This document shows, piece after piece, positions 9,662 through 18,888 of a DNA stretch of 64,000 nt; the first letter of the stretch is position 1; each line of letters starts with the position of its first letter. Source of the DNA: Klebsiella phage FKP3. The translations under genes were made by a program, and so were the position numbers. The notes under the pieces were generated by a model. The model was not told where the DNA came from. It searched no databases and was given only the letters and a program-made list of their open reading frames with translations. The DNA lies in the sequence record PP895363.1. One strand, 5' to 3'.

Positions 9662-9964
9662 TTATTCGATATCTAAAAGTTTTTTCAGGCGGTTGATCTT
9701 CGCTTCGCGCTGCTCATGAGTGATCACGCTCATTTCGACCAGGGAATCAAGGAAAGCACATACAACACAATAACCATTAAAATCACCTTCTCTTTCCATT
9801 TCACAAAAGCCATTAACAAGCACTTGGATTATATCGTCACCCGTTACAGCGTGCTTATAAACTACGACGTGTAATGTTGCCATTTTCTTTTCTTCCTGAT
9901 ACGCGCAGCGCCTATCGCCTCGCCTTGTGTAGGAAATAATAGTCCGGTGAGATCTTCCCGTCAA
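9662..9964 (-). CDS. hypothetical protein
   Basis: ORF 100 aa. Confidence 0.45.
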   Translation of the reverse strand: MTGRSHRTIISYTRRGDRRCAYQEEKKMATLHVVVYKHAVTGDDIIQVLVNGFCEMEREGDFNGYCVVCAFLDSLVEMSVITHEQREAKINRLKKLLDIE

Positions 9965-10070
9965 TACTTGGATGCAAATATTTTTCTAAATCTTTTCTCT
10001 TGCGTTTTCCCTTCATTAGTATATAGTAGTTATCAAGCCGCCACGGTGGAGGCATAACAAGGAAAGCAAC

Positions 10071-10247
10071 ATGATCACAACATCCGATACTATCGTAATG
10101 CTGTACACTTGGGAAACATCAGCTAACCATTGCCAGGCGCGATCTGTTCCCTTACCTCACGCGCTGCGTATGTTGGACGGTGGATTTTATCGGGTTAAAG
10201 TAGTGGCGGAAAACGGCGAAGTGTTAGCGGATACCCTGTATAATTAA
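10071..10247 (+). CDS. small hypothetical protein (58 aa)
   Basis: hand-found ORF with AAGGA RBS; GC hairpin + T-run downstream. Confidence 0.35.
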   Translation: MITTSDTIVMLYTWETSANHCQARSVPLPHALRMLDGGFYRVKVVAENGEVLADTLYN

Positions 10248-10314
10248 TTATCTTGGGGCTTGCAATCGGCGCGGCCCCGGTTTTACTCATTAGACATTCA
10301 CAGGAGATCAAACA

Positions 10315-10578
10315 ATGACCAATACAGAATTGTTAATGAAGGCGCTAGGTTGGAAAGGTGGCACCATTCACCAAGTAGCAAACGAAACCGGGCTAACAGT
10401 ATTAGAAGTCTTAAACCTGCATGATTTACCTGCAACCAGTTCGATAGCCTACGATCACGGATTAAAGGCGCTACAACGTGCCGTGGTATACATTTGCGGC
10501 GCTGTATATTGCTCATGCGCGCATAAACCGGATCGGATCTCCTTTTGGCGCGGTGTGCTGGACGCACAAAAGGCCTAA
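10315..10578 (+). CDS. hypothetical protein
   Basis: ORF 87 aa, AGGAGA RBS 7 nt upstream. Confidence 0.5.
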   Translation: MTNTELLMKALGWKGGTIHQVANETGLTVLEVLNLHDLPATSSIAYDHGLKALQRAVVYICGAVYCSCAHKPDRISFWRGVLDAQKA

Positions 10579-10586
10579 AAATAATG

Positions 10587-10615
10587 TTGACACGTCCCAG
10601 GGAATGGGGCATAAT
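10587..10615 (+). promoter_or_regulatory. strong sigma70-like promoter TTGACA-17-CATAAT
   Basis: read directly; transcribes into palindrome/iteron region with no clear ORF. Confidence 0.5.
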
Positions 10616-10866
10616 GTACCCATACAGGAGATGACACGCCTACCAACGGCGGTAAACTTGGGTGATGATAGCCGCAGGGCATCGACCGCTATAATCGCCG
10701 GTAGCTCGCCTTGAATAGTTTTGTAAAGAAATGTAAAGACCCTTGATCCTGTTGTTGGTTGTGTTATTATTTCTACATGGACAGGGGAACGGTGCTGGCG
10801 AGACAATCACCGCCCCTGCGCGTCATTCTGCAAATGCGAATGAGTATTATTTCGCTTTTAATTGAG

Positions 10867-10885
10867 AATGAGAATGATTCTCATT
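10867..10885. promoter_or_regulatory. 19-bp palindrome copy 3 (AATGAGAAT-G-ATTCTCATT) flanked by degenerate half sites
   Basis: perfect 9-bp arms; nearby gcattctcat and atgagaatagttctcatt partial copies. Confidence 0.5.
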
Positions 10886-10929
10886 TGCATTCTCATCTTA
10901 CATGAGAATAGTTCTCATTAACATCTGGA

Positions 10930-11170
10930 GATTTTTTGAGAATTCTAAATTTTGATCCTGAAAAAATCTAGATCGAAAAGTAAAAAAACTTTTAATAATT
11001 GGGGAATTTTTTGGAAATTTTAAATTTCAGTTTACGTTTTTTCTGTAGCAAGATGCAGAAAAAGTTTAAATAATTTAGGGAAATTCTAAATTTCAGTTTG
11101 CTATATTTTCAGCATAACTTCCACAAAAGTTTTAAATAATTTGAGCACTTTGTTAAAACTTTACTTGGGT
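10930..11170. repeat. iteron-like imperfect direct repeats (AAAAgTTTtAAATAATTtGGG..AATTcTAAATTTCAGTTTgC), 3-4 copies
   Basis: visible repeated units at about 10938, 10985, 11060 and 11125. Confidence 0.55.
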
Positions 11171-11373
11171 ATTGTTCAAGAGTCTATCGAAACAGCTTCT
11201 TAGTTTATTACAACAGCTTACGAAATTAGTCCACTGTTGTCTTAAGTATGGTGCGAGGGATATCAAACTATCTTTCTAAACTTATTGGAAGGGCTAAGGT
11301 GAGGCTCTGAAATATTTACCCCCCACCCCTTCATTCTAAAAAGAAAATTTTTAAAATATCAGATAATATCAGG

Positions 11374-12012
11374 TTAGCCTAACATTGGTAGGAAAAGTCT
11401 GTCGCCACTTAAAATTAGTTCTCTTTGAATTAACCCGTAGATAACGAACCCATGACCACACTTTTTGTCCTCAGCATGAATTACATCATAATAATCCATA
11501 CCTAACTCTTGGTAATGATAGCCGTCAAAGTCCAATAGTGCAATCTTTTCACCATCGTTAACCCGTTTCCACAGATCTTTGAACGTGTCTGTTTGCACCA
11601 CTGCACGAGCGTACATTGGAAAGTAGAGATTACGACGAGCGGAGATGTAGTCCAGTTTCTTGCCGTCCCAGAGGCTGTATAGAGGCTTTCTACCCTTACC
11701 CATAGGGTAGCGTTCTGCTCTCCAGTTGGCCCAACCAGCTCGCGCCCACGTATAATACGCTTCTGTTGGATCACCATTATCGTCTACATGCTCTTCATAC
11801 ACCTTGCTAAACTGCCAGGCGTTCTCCATGTTCTTTGCCACGATACCATCGTACATTGGTATGTCACGTAGATAGAATGGACTTAACTGCTGGCCGTAGC
11901 CTGTCTTATCACGACTTGTGGTATTGACCACTGTAAACCCTTCTGGCACTTTGTCCCGCATACCAACTACGATTAAGTTATCAAACTTCATGGTTATTCC
12001 CCTAATTGTCAT
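11374..12012 (-). CDS. NADAR-like (YbiA/DUF1768-like) protein, putative ADP-ribose/NAD-related hydrolase
   Basis: LSPFY..DIPMYDG..ENAWQFSKV and C-terminal HGFVIYGLIQRE resemble the YbiA/NADAR core (FSNF..DGxxY.S.EHYFQA.K, GHGKGKNRLGYLLMELRE); by memory only. Confidence 0.4.
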   Translation of the reverse strand: MTIRGITMKFDNLIVVGMRDKVPEGFTVVNTTSRDKTGYGQQLSPFYLRDIPMYDGIVAKNMENAWQFSKVYEEHVDDNGDPTEAYYTWARAGWANWRAERYPMGKGRKPLYSLWDGKKLDYISARRNLYFPMYARAVVQTDTFKDLWKRVNDGEKIALLDFDGYHYQELGMDYYDVIHAEDKKCGHGFVIYGLIQRELILSGDRLFLPMLG

Positions 12013-12205
12013 GGTAATATTGAATAGCTCGCTCTAGATCCATACCGAACATAGCTGTATCATTTACCGACACACTGTATTTGCAGTGATACCTCTCAAC
12101 TGCATTACCATTGGAATCATAACGTGTCCACCATCCTTCGTTTGGTCTTAGCGTTACTGTATTGGTCAGCATAAAATGAAACATCTGTTCTTTAGTTAGC
12201 TTCAC
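12002..12205 (-). CDS. hypothetical protein
   Basis: ORF 67 aa. Confidence 0.4.
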   Translation of the reverse strand: MKLTKEQMFHFMLTNTVTLRPNEGWWTRYDSNGNAVERYHCKYSVSVNDTAMFGMDLERAIQYYHDN

Positions 12206-12215
12206 CAGTGACCTC

Positions 12216-12968
12216 CTATGGCTCGTTAGATAAAATACGATCTTTAGCTATTTGATAATATGTATCATCTAACTCAATACCGATAAACTTCCTGTCAGTG
12301 TTCATACAAGCAACTCCTGTACTACCACTACCCATTGTGAAGTCTAGTACAGACTCACCCTCTTGTGTGTATGTTTTTATTAAATACTCCAGTAATGCTA
12401 CTGGCTTTTGTGTTGGGTGAAATTTACCTCCATCTGTCGTCCCGTCGTTGTTTACCACACTAAATTCGAGGACGCTTCTGGGTTTTCTTTTTGTTGTTCC
12501 TTTATTGTTAATAACAGACTTATGTTTACCATTAATATTATTCTGCTTATTCCTTGCATAATTCATAGGTTTATGACCTGAACTATCCTGTGAGTTGTAA
12601 TTACAGGGTTTGGAGTAAAATACTGAGATGTTCTCGTGATATTTCATAGGCATCCGTTTTGCATTTAGGTGTCCGCTACCTTTATTCTTATTCCAAATCC
12701 AATCATACTTAAACATCGTAATGTTACTAACTCTCAACATACTACTGAATGGTTCACTACCAAACAGCACAATAGCTCCATTTGGTTTAATTACACGTTT
12801 TAACTGCTCCCACATTGGTTCGAATGGGATGACAGTATCCCATTTACAAGCCGTGGTTCCGTAGGGAGGATCACACAAAATCATATCAACACTGCCATCT
12901 GGAATTTCTTTCATCCTTTCTAAGCAATCGCCTTTCATTAACCATAAGTTATCATCTAAATAGTTCAA
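12216..12968 (-). CDS. DNA methyltransferase, beta class (N6-adenine or N4-cytosine)
   Basis: DPPYG motif IV precedes FxGSGSTG motif I near the C-terminus (beta-class order); TTG start with AAGGAGGA RBS. Confidence 0.7.
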   Translation of the reverse strand: MNYLDDNLWLMKGDCLERMKEIPDGSVDMILCDPPYGTTACKWDTVIPFEPMWEQLKRVIKPNGAIVLFGSEPFSSMLRVSNITMFKYDWIWNKNKGSGHLNAKRMPMKYHENISVFYSKPCNYNSQDSSGHKPMNYARNKQNNINGKHKSVINNKGTTKRKPRSVLEFSVVNNDGTTDGGKFHPTQKPVALLEYLIKTYTQEGESVLDFTMGSGSTGVACMNTDRKFIGIELDDTYYQIAKDRILSNEP

Positions 12969-13028
12969 AGAACTCCTCCTTATCTCATAACAGTTGTGGT
13001 GACAACATCATATCTAAACATAAGTGTA

Positions 13029-13054
13029 CGATTAAATTCTATAAGAAAAGCCCC
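13029..13054 (-). terminator. rho-independent terminator after AAA ATPase gene
   Basis: agcccc-ttac-ggggct hairpin + T-run on minus strand. Confidence 0.5.
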
Positions 13055-13068
13055 TTACGGGGCTTATG

Positions 13069-14193
13069 TTAATAAAGCAGTGACAGGTTGGCTGAACGTG
13101 TCGTACTTGGTTCCAGAACAATTCGGAAACTATCACCTGGTTCATCGCTGTATACAACCAGTTTACCACCTGCAATCAGGTCTGTCTTCCATTTGGTTGC
13201 ATTCAAATGAATGCGTGGATCACCTTCATCATCAGTGATGATTGCGGAACATTCTTCGAATGCTTCCTGATTGTCCTGTGTTGCTGGACGCAGGTAAATG
13301 TCCAATGTTTTGCTTCCACTCAGGAAGGACATTGGATTGAAACCATGCCAGTTGGACACCCAGTTCACTTCAGCAACCTTACCGTTTACGGTGATGCTGC
13401 TCACATCCCATTTCGCTTCACCGCCAAGGGAAATACCCATCATGTTCAGGCATTCTTTGAAGCTCATGTCTTCGTAGAAATTGAGTTCCTCTACGATGCC
13501 TTGAATAACATCGAAGGAGAGTTCCAAACTCACATCCCATAGACGCTGGAAGCTTGCCTCATGCTCCTTATTATCGAGGTTCTTATCCAGATAATCGAGC
13601 ATTGTCTCCAGGGAGATCTTATCGTAGTTAAAACTGTAGAACACACGACTCGGACGGTTCAGGAAGAACTCGGAGATAAATCCACTATTCTTCGTGAGGA
13701 TAAATAGCTTATTGCCGCTACCCGTACCATCCAGAAGCGTTAACAGTGCTTCCTGATCTTGTTTCTTTTCGTACACTTTGTCGAACTCATCGAAGATGAC
13801 AATGGCTTTATCAGCAATCTTACTCATCAGTTCCAGGAAATTCGCATCGCTGTACGCTTGCGTTACCATAATCACTGGCAAACCTTCTGCTGCCAGCTTA
13901 CGGCTAATCACTTTAGCCAGCATGGTTTTACCACTACCCTTCGTGCCTGACAGGAGAACACCAGTGTTCTTGCCCTGCTCTGCGCGACGTTTATAGGTGG
14001 AGATGATGTGCGCTGCACGTTTCTCTGTCTCACCATACAGGACGCTTGGTACACCTGTCAAATCCCCACGACTCAGGAAGTAGTTACCGAGCGGATCACG
14101 GCTAACTGTCCAGAAACCCGCAGGGAGAGTCTCGCTCTTAACTCCTGCTTCTTTGTCCACTACTGCAATGTCGCCGTAAATTGTGTATGACAC
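13069..14193 (-). CDS. AAA-family ATPase (paralog of 30987..32147)
   Basis: Walker A GTKGSGKT, Walker B VIFDEFD; aligns along full length with the plus-strand paralog; GTG start. Confidence 0.65.
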   Translation of the reverse strand: MSYTIYGDIAVVDKEAGVKSETLPAGFWTVSRDPLGNYFLSRGDLTGVPSVLYGETEKRAAHIISTYKRRAEQGKNTGVLLSGTKGSGKTMLAKVISRKLAAEGLPVIMVTQAYSDANFLELMSKIADKAIVIFDEFDKVYEKKQDQEALLTLLDGTGSGNKLFILTKNSGFISEFFLNRPSRVFYSFNYDKISLETMLDYLDKNLDNKEHEASFQRLWDVSLELSFDVIQGIVEELNFYEDMSFKECLNMMGISLGGEAKWDVSSITVNGKVAEVNWVSNWHGFNPMSFLSGSKTLDIYLRPATQDNQEAFEECSAIITDDEGDPRIHLNATKWKTDLIAGGKLVVYSDEPGDSFRIVLEPSTTRSANLSLLY

Positions 14194-14202
14194 ATAACCC
14201 CC

Positions 14203-14406
14203 TTATGAAATTAAAAATAACACTGTATATACAATACCATAGATAGCACAAACTGCTCCAGCACTACATATAAAACCCCCAAGGAATGAAAGGATGAAAT
14301 CTTTTCTTATCACCCAATCTCCTTTAAACCAGAGCACGGTTGAAGTACACAACCAGCCAAGCAGAAACACCACCAGAGTTAGCTTTTGTAGGAAAATGCT
14401 TGTCAT
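14203..14406 (-). CDS. small membrane protein
   Basis: 67 aa, two hydrophobic helices. Confidence 0.45.
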   Translation of the reverse strand: MTSIFLQKLTLVVFLLGWLCTSTVLWFKGDWVIRKDFILSFLGGFICSAGAVCAIYGIVYTVLFLIS

Positions 14407-14828
14407 TTTTTGACCAATTCCGCTGCGTATTCAATCAGCCACACTTTAGGTGCAATCATGATGTATACTGCTTGCAGCAAGTTATACATAAACACCGTAC
14501 CGCCGAGTACCATTGCAATTACCCAACCCAGAATTTGTACAACCGTACCAAAGCCGTAGTCAGCTTCATTTAAAACTGGCTTCGCACGGTTAACAACGGT
14601 GCAAAGGAAGATGCTGAATACAGCCGCAACTACCACCCAGATGCTGGCTTTGAGTGCGTTCCACATGAGAAGTTGATGAATCACTTCGGGTATTTGCTGC
14701 TTACCAAACTCCACCACGTCACTGACGGATTGAACGGTAACGTCAATCATTTTGACGAGTAATTCGCTTGCTTTTGCTTCGAGTTGCTGATCCATGTTAA
14801 TCTCCTCTGTTAAAATTCTACCAAACAC
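14403..14828 (-). CDS. membrane protein
   Basis: 141 aa, hydrophobic segments, ATGA coupling. Confidence 0.5.
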   Translation of the reverse strand: MFGRILTEEINMDQQLEAKASELLVKMIDVTVQSVSDVVEFGKQQIPEVIHQLLMWNALKASIWVVVAAVFSIFLCTVVNRAKPVLNEADYGFGTVVQILGWVIAMVLGGTVFMYNLLQAVYIMIAPKVWLIEYAAELVKK

Positions 14829-15079
14829 TTATCAAAGTGTTCTGCTTTAACTTGCGATAATGTTACTAGTTTTACTAACCCTTTGTCAATACCTAACTTG
14901 ATTATTTTGTAATAATCTCCGAACAAATCTGTGGGGCAGATCTTATGTTCAGTGACAACCACTACCTCGTTACCAGCTACGTACTCACGCCAAATTTTAC
15001 CGCACAGATATAGATGATTTGCTGCATCTTCGGAGATCATTTTCTTTTTAACTTTAATCAAAATACCCTCATCGTCCAC
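14810..15079 (-). CDS. hypothetical protein
   Basis: ORF 89 aa. Confidence 0.4.
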   Translation of the reverse strand: MDDEGILIKVKKKMISEDAANHLYLCGKIWREYVAGNEVVVVTEHKICPTDLFGDYYKIIKLGIDKGLVKLVTLSQVKAEHFDKCLVEF

Positions 15080-15300
15080 TCTTTACCTGATGGATAGTTG
15101 CCTCGGCAAATCTTGCCCTCTGAATGCCAGTTTATGCTATCAGGGAACGTATGTCCAGCAATTTTTTCATGTGGAAGCCATTCTGTCGGCTTCTCATTAC
15201 CATTGATCCATTTGAAACCTGCATCTTCAAGCAGTTCCAGTGCAAAGATCATATCGTCTTCGCAATAAACCATTATCTTCTGACCTTTACCGAAATTCAT
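15058..15300 (-). CDS. hypothetical protein
   Basis: ORF 80 aa. Confidence 0.4.
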   Translation of the reverse strand: MNFGKGQKIMVYCEDDMIFALELLEDAGFKWINGNEKPTEWLPHEKIAGHTFPDSINWHSEGKICRGNYPSGKEWTMRVF

Positions 15301-15635
15301 TACAGATCTCCATAAGAGACAGTGATATCCAATTCTCTACAAAGTCTATTCCACGCATGATTACCAAAGCTACGACCACAGATGCAGAGGTAAGCGAAGC
15401 AGTAAGCAGCTTGGTAAAGGAGTGCTTCTGCATCTTCCTCACTAGAAACCTCTACCTGTCGGCCATAACGCATATCAAACACCACCTTACCATTTTGCTC
15501 AAAAACGTGCAAGTGGCTCTTAGCTAAGCTATGTAGATCAGCGTAGTAAATCCCATCTTCGCGTTTATGCAAAGACACGTCAATATCATTATCAACCAAG
15601 TGTTCAAACATTTCCAGTACGTTTGGGCTAAACAT
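15300..15635 (-). CDS. hypothetical protein
   Basis: ORF 111 aa. Confidence 0.45.
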   Translation of the reverse strand: MFSPNVLEMFEHLVDNDIDVSLHKREDGIYYADLHSLAKSHLHVFEQNGKVVFDMRYGRQVEVSSEEDAEALLYQAAYCFAYLCICGRSFGNHAWNRLCRELDITVSYGDL

Positions 15636-15644
15636 ATTTTCTCC

Positions 15645-16037
15645 TTAGTTATAGAGGCTGTTGAAGTATTTAGCAAAGAGTATACGCCCTTCTCGTTCAA
15701 TGTCAAGACGTTCTGTACGTTTTGCAACATAATAAGGGTCTGAATGATGAATGATGCCTTTGCTCTGATCAAATGCCTCAATCATGCGGTCAACAATCCG
15801 CAACCACTCTTTATCAGCCTGTTCGATTTGTTCTTCCGTGTGTTCACCTTGGGGGACACTTGGGAACATCTCTCGCAACAGCAGGCCAGGAACAGACCTC
15901 AGCGGATCATTCGCAATCACTACACGGAACTGACACAACCCCTGAAAAATGATGGTGGCGAGAGTAGTATCCAGATCCAACACATCTTCTTTCTCCAGGA
16001 TCACTTCGGTGATGGTATCGCCTTTCTCATTCTTCAT
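15645..16037 (-). CDS. hypothetical protein (first gene of minus-strand operon)
   Basis: ORF 130 aa. Confidence 0.5.
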   Translation of the reverse strand: MKNEKGDTITEVILEKEDVLDLDTTLATIIFQGLCQFRVVIANDPLRSVPGLLLREMFPSVPQGEHTEEQIEQADKEWLRIVDRMIEAFDQSKGIIHHSDPYYVAKRTERLDIEREGRILFAKYFNSLYN

Positions 16038-16082
16038 ATTCTTACTCCTCTCAGAATGCCAACACTTTCTTTGTTTTATGTT

Positions 16083-16111
16083 GACAAAGAATCCTGTTTT
16101 GTGTTATACTT
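16083..16111 (+). promoter_or_regulatory. sigma70-like promoter TTGACA-17-TATACT
   Basis: consensus -35, good -10, 20 nt upstream of 16133 gene; divergent from minus operon. Confidence 0.55.
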
Positions 16112-16132
16112 CACTCCTTTTAGTCACAAGGA

Positions 16133-17089
16133 GTGAACATGCTTTACAATCTAACTGAAACAGATATTATACCTAATGAGCACACAGGTCAAGCCTGTTT
16201 TGAAAATAGTTACATTCTAGGTCACATAATGGTGAAAAGAACTAAGAAATATGTAGTACATTGTCCAGAGTGCGCGAAGGATACGGAACTCTTTCCACAA
16301 CCTTTATTTACCACCTACCAGAAATACATAGATACGAATGTTGCACCTTGTGGTTGTAATCCACTGTATAGCTTCAGCCATGAACAAAGGCAGATAATTC
16401 TGGAGCGCCTTTATCCAGGTGGACATGTCCGTAGGGTATCACTTGAAGACTTAGGTGTACATACTAAGTATGAGGTAATTTGCAAACAAGGACACAGCCG
16501 TACAGGTAGTTTTACGAACATCCGAAGATCTCAAGGTTGCTTCAAGTGCGCTGTTCATCAACGTAGACAAGCTGCTAAAGTCAAGGTTGAAGCAGATATC
16601 TTAGAGTACCTAACAAAGAACTCCCTGCCTTACAAGTTTAAATATGTGGACGAAGCATTTCAAAATGTCAACTCTGAAATGGTTTTTGAGTGTCCTACTC
16701 ACGGAATTAAACGTCAGAAAATTAGTGCCTTTTTGTCTGGTCATTGGTGTAGAGATTGCAGTTGCCGACCGCGTCGTTATGCTTATGTTTTAAGCATTCA
16801 AGATCAAGGTTTACCTGTAGCGTTAAAGTTCGGGATAACTAAAAATGTACATTGCCGTGTTAAAGCCTTAAACAAGCGTAACCTATTCAAGGCCGACATC
16901 ATTTGTGTTTACGAGTTTGAGAACGACCACGATAGTATTGCGGCAGAAACAGAGTTAAAGTCCATACTTCCTATTTTACTATCTAAAAGGGAGATGAAGG
17001 ATGGTAGCTCTGAAACCACATCTATACAGTACCTAGATACAATTATTAAGGTCTACATTAAGCATGGTGGTAAATTGATCAACCTATAA
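16133..17089 (+). CDS. zinc-ribbon protein with C-terminal GIY-YIG/T5orf172-like domain (homing-endonuclease-like)
   Basis: four CxxC pairs (HCPEC, GCFKC, ECPTHG, WCRDC) and YAYVLS...KFGITKN..R motif resembling the T5orf172/GIY-YIG core. Confidence 0.4.
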   Translation: MNMLYNLTETDIIPNEHTGQACFENSYILGHIMVKRTKKYVVHCPECAKDTELFPQPLFTTYQKYIDTNVAPCGCNPLYSFSHEQRQIILERLYPGGHVRRVSLEDLGVHTKYEVICKQGHSRTGSFTNIRRSQGCFKCAVHQRRQAAKVKVEADILEYLTKNSLPYKFKYVDEAFQNVNSEMVFECPTHGIKRQKISAFLSGHWCRDCSCRPRRYAYVLSIQDQGLPVALKFGITKNVHCRVKALNKRNLFKADIICVYEFENDHDSIAAETELKSILPILLSKREMKDGSSETTSIQYLDTIIKVYIKHGGKLINL

Positions 17090-17383
17090 ATAAACCTTAA
17101 CATCTGATTTATCTTCTTTAAGACTTCGTTCGAATAGGTCGATCACAAAGTCAAGCATTTTTATTAATTCGTTTGTGACGCTCCACTCTTGATATGAACG
17201 CAAGCATGTCTTCTGCTCGCCAATTTGGTGCAGCACCTTGATTGGTGCATCCAGACGAATGTTGCGCTCTTCGTCCTCCTCAAAAGAAGCTAACCACTTC
17301 TCATTAACACCATGAATGGCAATAATGATGCCATACCCTTCTGCGGTTTCTGAGATGTTCTTAGTAGATGCAGTGATGTTCAT
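17084..17383 (-). CDS. hypothetical protein (minus-strand insert in plus block)
   Basis: ORF 99 aa. Confidence 0.4.
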   Translation of the reverse strand: MNITASTKNISETAEGYGIIIAIHGVNEKWLASFEEDEERNIRLDAPIKVLHQIGEQKTCLRSYQEWSVTNELIKMLDFVIDLFERSLKEDKSDVKVYL

Positions 17384-17385
17384 TA

Positions 17386-17616
17386 TTACTCCGAAATAGT
17401 TGTGGTGGATACCGTGCTTTTGTTTTCAGTGTATGATACACCAGTTGTGCTGTTAGGGCAACGTACAACATAAAGATCTTTGCCTCGCGAGGCAGTCATA
17501 CGATACACTTCACAATCTTTCAGACCTTTAGGCAGTTCATAACGACCACTTACATCATCAGTGTAAGCGTCACAACCAGCAAGCAGCAGTGCTGCAATCA
17601 GAATAAGTTTCTTCAT
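17386..17616 (-). CDS. small lipoprotein (LLAGC lipobox)
   Basis: MKKLILIAALLLAGCDA; own TTGACA-17-TAAGAT promoter upstream on minus strand. Confidence 0.5.
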   Translation of the reverse strand: MKKLILIAALLLAGCDAYTDDVSGRYELPKGLKDCEVYRMTASRGKDLYVVRCPNSTTGVSYTENKSTVSTTTISE

Positions 17617-17670
17617 GGGTTCCTCCTTTGTTAAGATAGCTTCATCTTATCTGAAATTTATTTTCTGTCA

Positions 17671-17699
17671 AGGGTTGACTTTCTTTTTTGGTTTGATAA
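17671..17699 (+). promoter_or_regulatory. sigma70-like promoter TTGACT-16-TAAGAT
   Basis: read directly. Confidence 0.4.
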
Positions 17700-17732
17700 G
17701 ATTGTTGCATACCAAACGAGAGGAGAAAAAAG

Positions 17733-18095
17733 ATGCCTATTTACCATGTAACTACTGAAGGTGATGATGAAGGTCGTAGCACTCGCGACCTGGGATATGT
17801 TGAAGCAAATAGCCCTGAACATGCTGTCAAATACTTGAAAAGTATCGGTATCCATGAATATTATGATTACTATGTGGACGTAGCACTGAATGTTGTTCGT
17901 AAAGCCGCCCCAGAAGAAACTCTGAATATGTGGGTAGCCGAACTATCCCTGCGGCCTTACAGCAAAGATTCTTACAAAGGTAAGGTAGTTGAAAACACAG
18001 AAGTACGTAAGCGTTGTCAACAAACTGTTCGAGAAGCAATGAAACGTGCAGGGCTTTCTTATGAAGACGTAGTTAACTTTGGTAAAGGAGAATAA
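17733..18095 (+). CDS. hypothetical protein
   Basis: ORF 120 aa, GAGGAGAA RBS. Confidence 0.5.
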   Translation: MPIYHVTTEGDDEGRSTRDLGYVEANSPEHAVKYLKSIGIHEYYDYYVDVALNVVRKAAPEETLNMWVAELSLRPYSKDSYKGKVVENTEVRKRCQQTVREAMKRAGLSYEDVVNFGKGE

Positions 18096-18097
18096 CA

Positions 18098-18544
18098 ATG
18101 TATAACCTCACCTGGACGCAAGCCCAAGAAGCAATGCGTGAAGGTAAACGTGTTCGTAACAGCAATTTTACTACTGCTGAGTGGTTTGCTTTTGATGGGC
18201 GTCATATTGTGGATGAAGAAGGATACTACATGGATAAGTGGTATAAAGGTTACGATTGGCAGAATGAAGGATGGATGATTCTTGATGAAACGCAACAATG
18301 TTTGGCTGAAGTCAAGGAGATTGTCAAGAAACATAATGTAGTGGTGGTTTGTGATAACTTCTCTGCGCTAGAGGATAGGGTTATTGCTTTGTTCACAGGA
18401 GGATGCTACACTGCTGATACTATGGACTACTGGGTAGGCATCACTCCACGATCTCCTAAGCTGCCTCGTGAGAAACAGAACTACAACTTACGTATCACGA
18501 AAGGTCGTGGTCACAACAAATTTAAAAAGAGGAAGAAGAAATGA
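18098..18544 (+). CDS. hypothetical protein (basic C-terminus)
   Basis: ORF 148 aa. Confidence 0.5.
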   Translation: MYNLTWTQAQEAMREGKRVRNSNFTTAEWFAFDGRHIVDEEGYYMDKWYKGYDWQNEGWMILDETQQCLAEVKEIVKKHNVVVVCDNFSALEDRVIALFTGGCYTADTMDYWVGITPRSPKLPREKQNYNLRITKGRGHNKFKKRKKK

Positions 18545-18720
18545 CTCTCTACAGAAACAAGTACAACCTGCGGTATTACAGGGTAAGAAGGGGCGGAGTG
18601 TCTTACAGTAAAGACGGAATAATTTGGTGGCCGTCTACGTTTACTGAGCGTAATCTTTCAGATAATCCAAATATCTTTGAGGTCGTAGAAGCTCCAACCG
18701 TTACATTGGAGAATAAGTAA
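18541..18720 (+). CDS. small protein, paralog A (MTLYRNKYNLRYY...)
   Basis: hand-found 59-aa ORF; similar N-terminus to next ORF. Confidence 0.35.
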   Translation: MTLYRNKYNLRYYRVRRGGVSYSKDGIIWWPSTFTERNLSDNPNIFEVVEAPTVTLENK

Positions 18721-18722
18721 TT

Positions 18723-18887
18723 ATGACTATCTATCAAAATCAGTTTCGTGTTATTATGCGTAAATACGTTGGCAACAAGGGCTACGCCTCTACAGACGGT
18801 GGAGCCACTTGGTCTGAAAGCGGTACACCGGAAGAGTTGATTAAGAAACTTCCATACTACAAAATTGTGAATAAAGAAGGAGAGTAA
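18723..18887 (+). CDS. small protein, paralog B (MTIYQNQFRVIMRKY...)
   Basis: hand-found 54-aa ORF. Confidence 0.35.
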   Translation: MTIYQNQFRVIMRKYVGNKGYASTDGGATWSESGTPEELIKKLPYYKIVNKEGE

Positions 18888-18888
18888 A

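Noticed and set aside
10478-10806. overlapping ORFs 10478..10714 (+) and 10513..10806 (-)
   Set aside because: They lie across a strong promoter and the regulatory palindromes, with no RBS. The region is treated as a regulatory/non-coding element.
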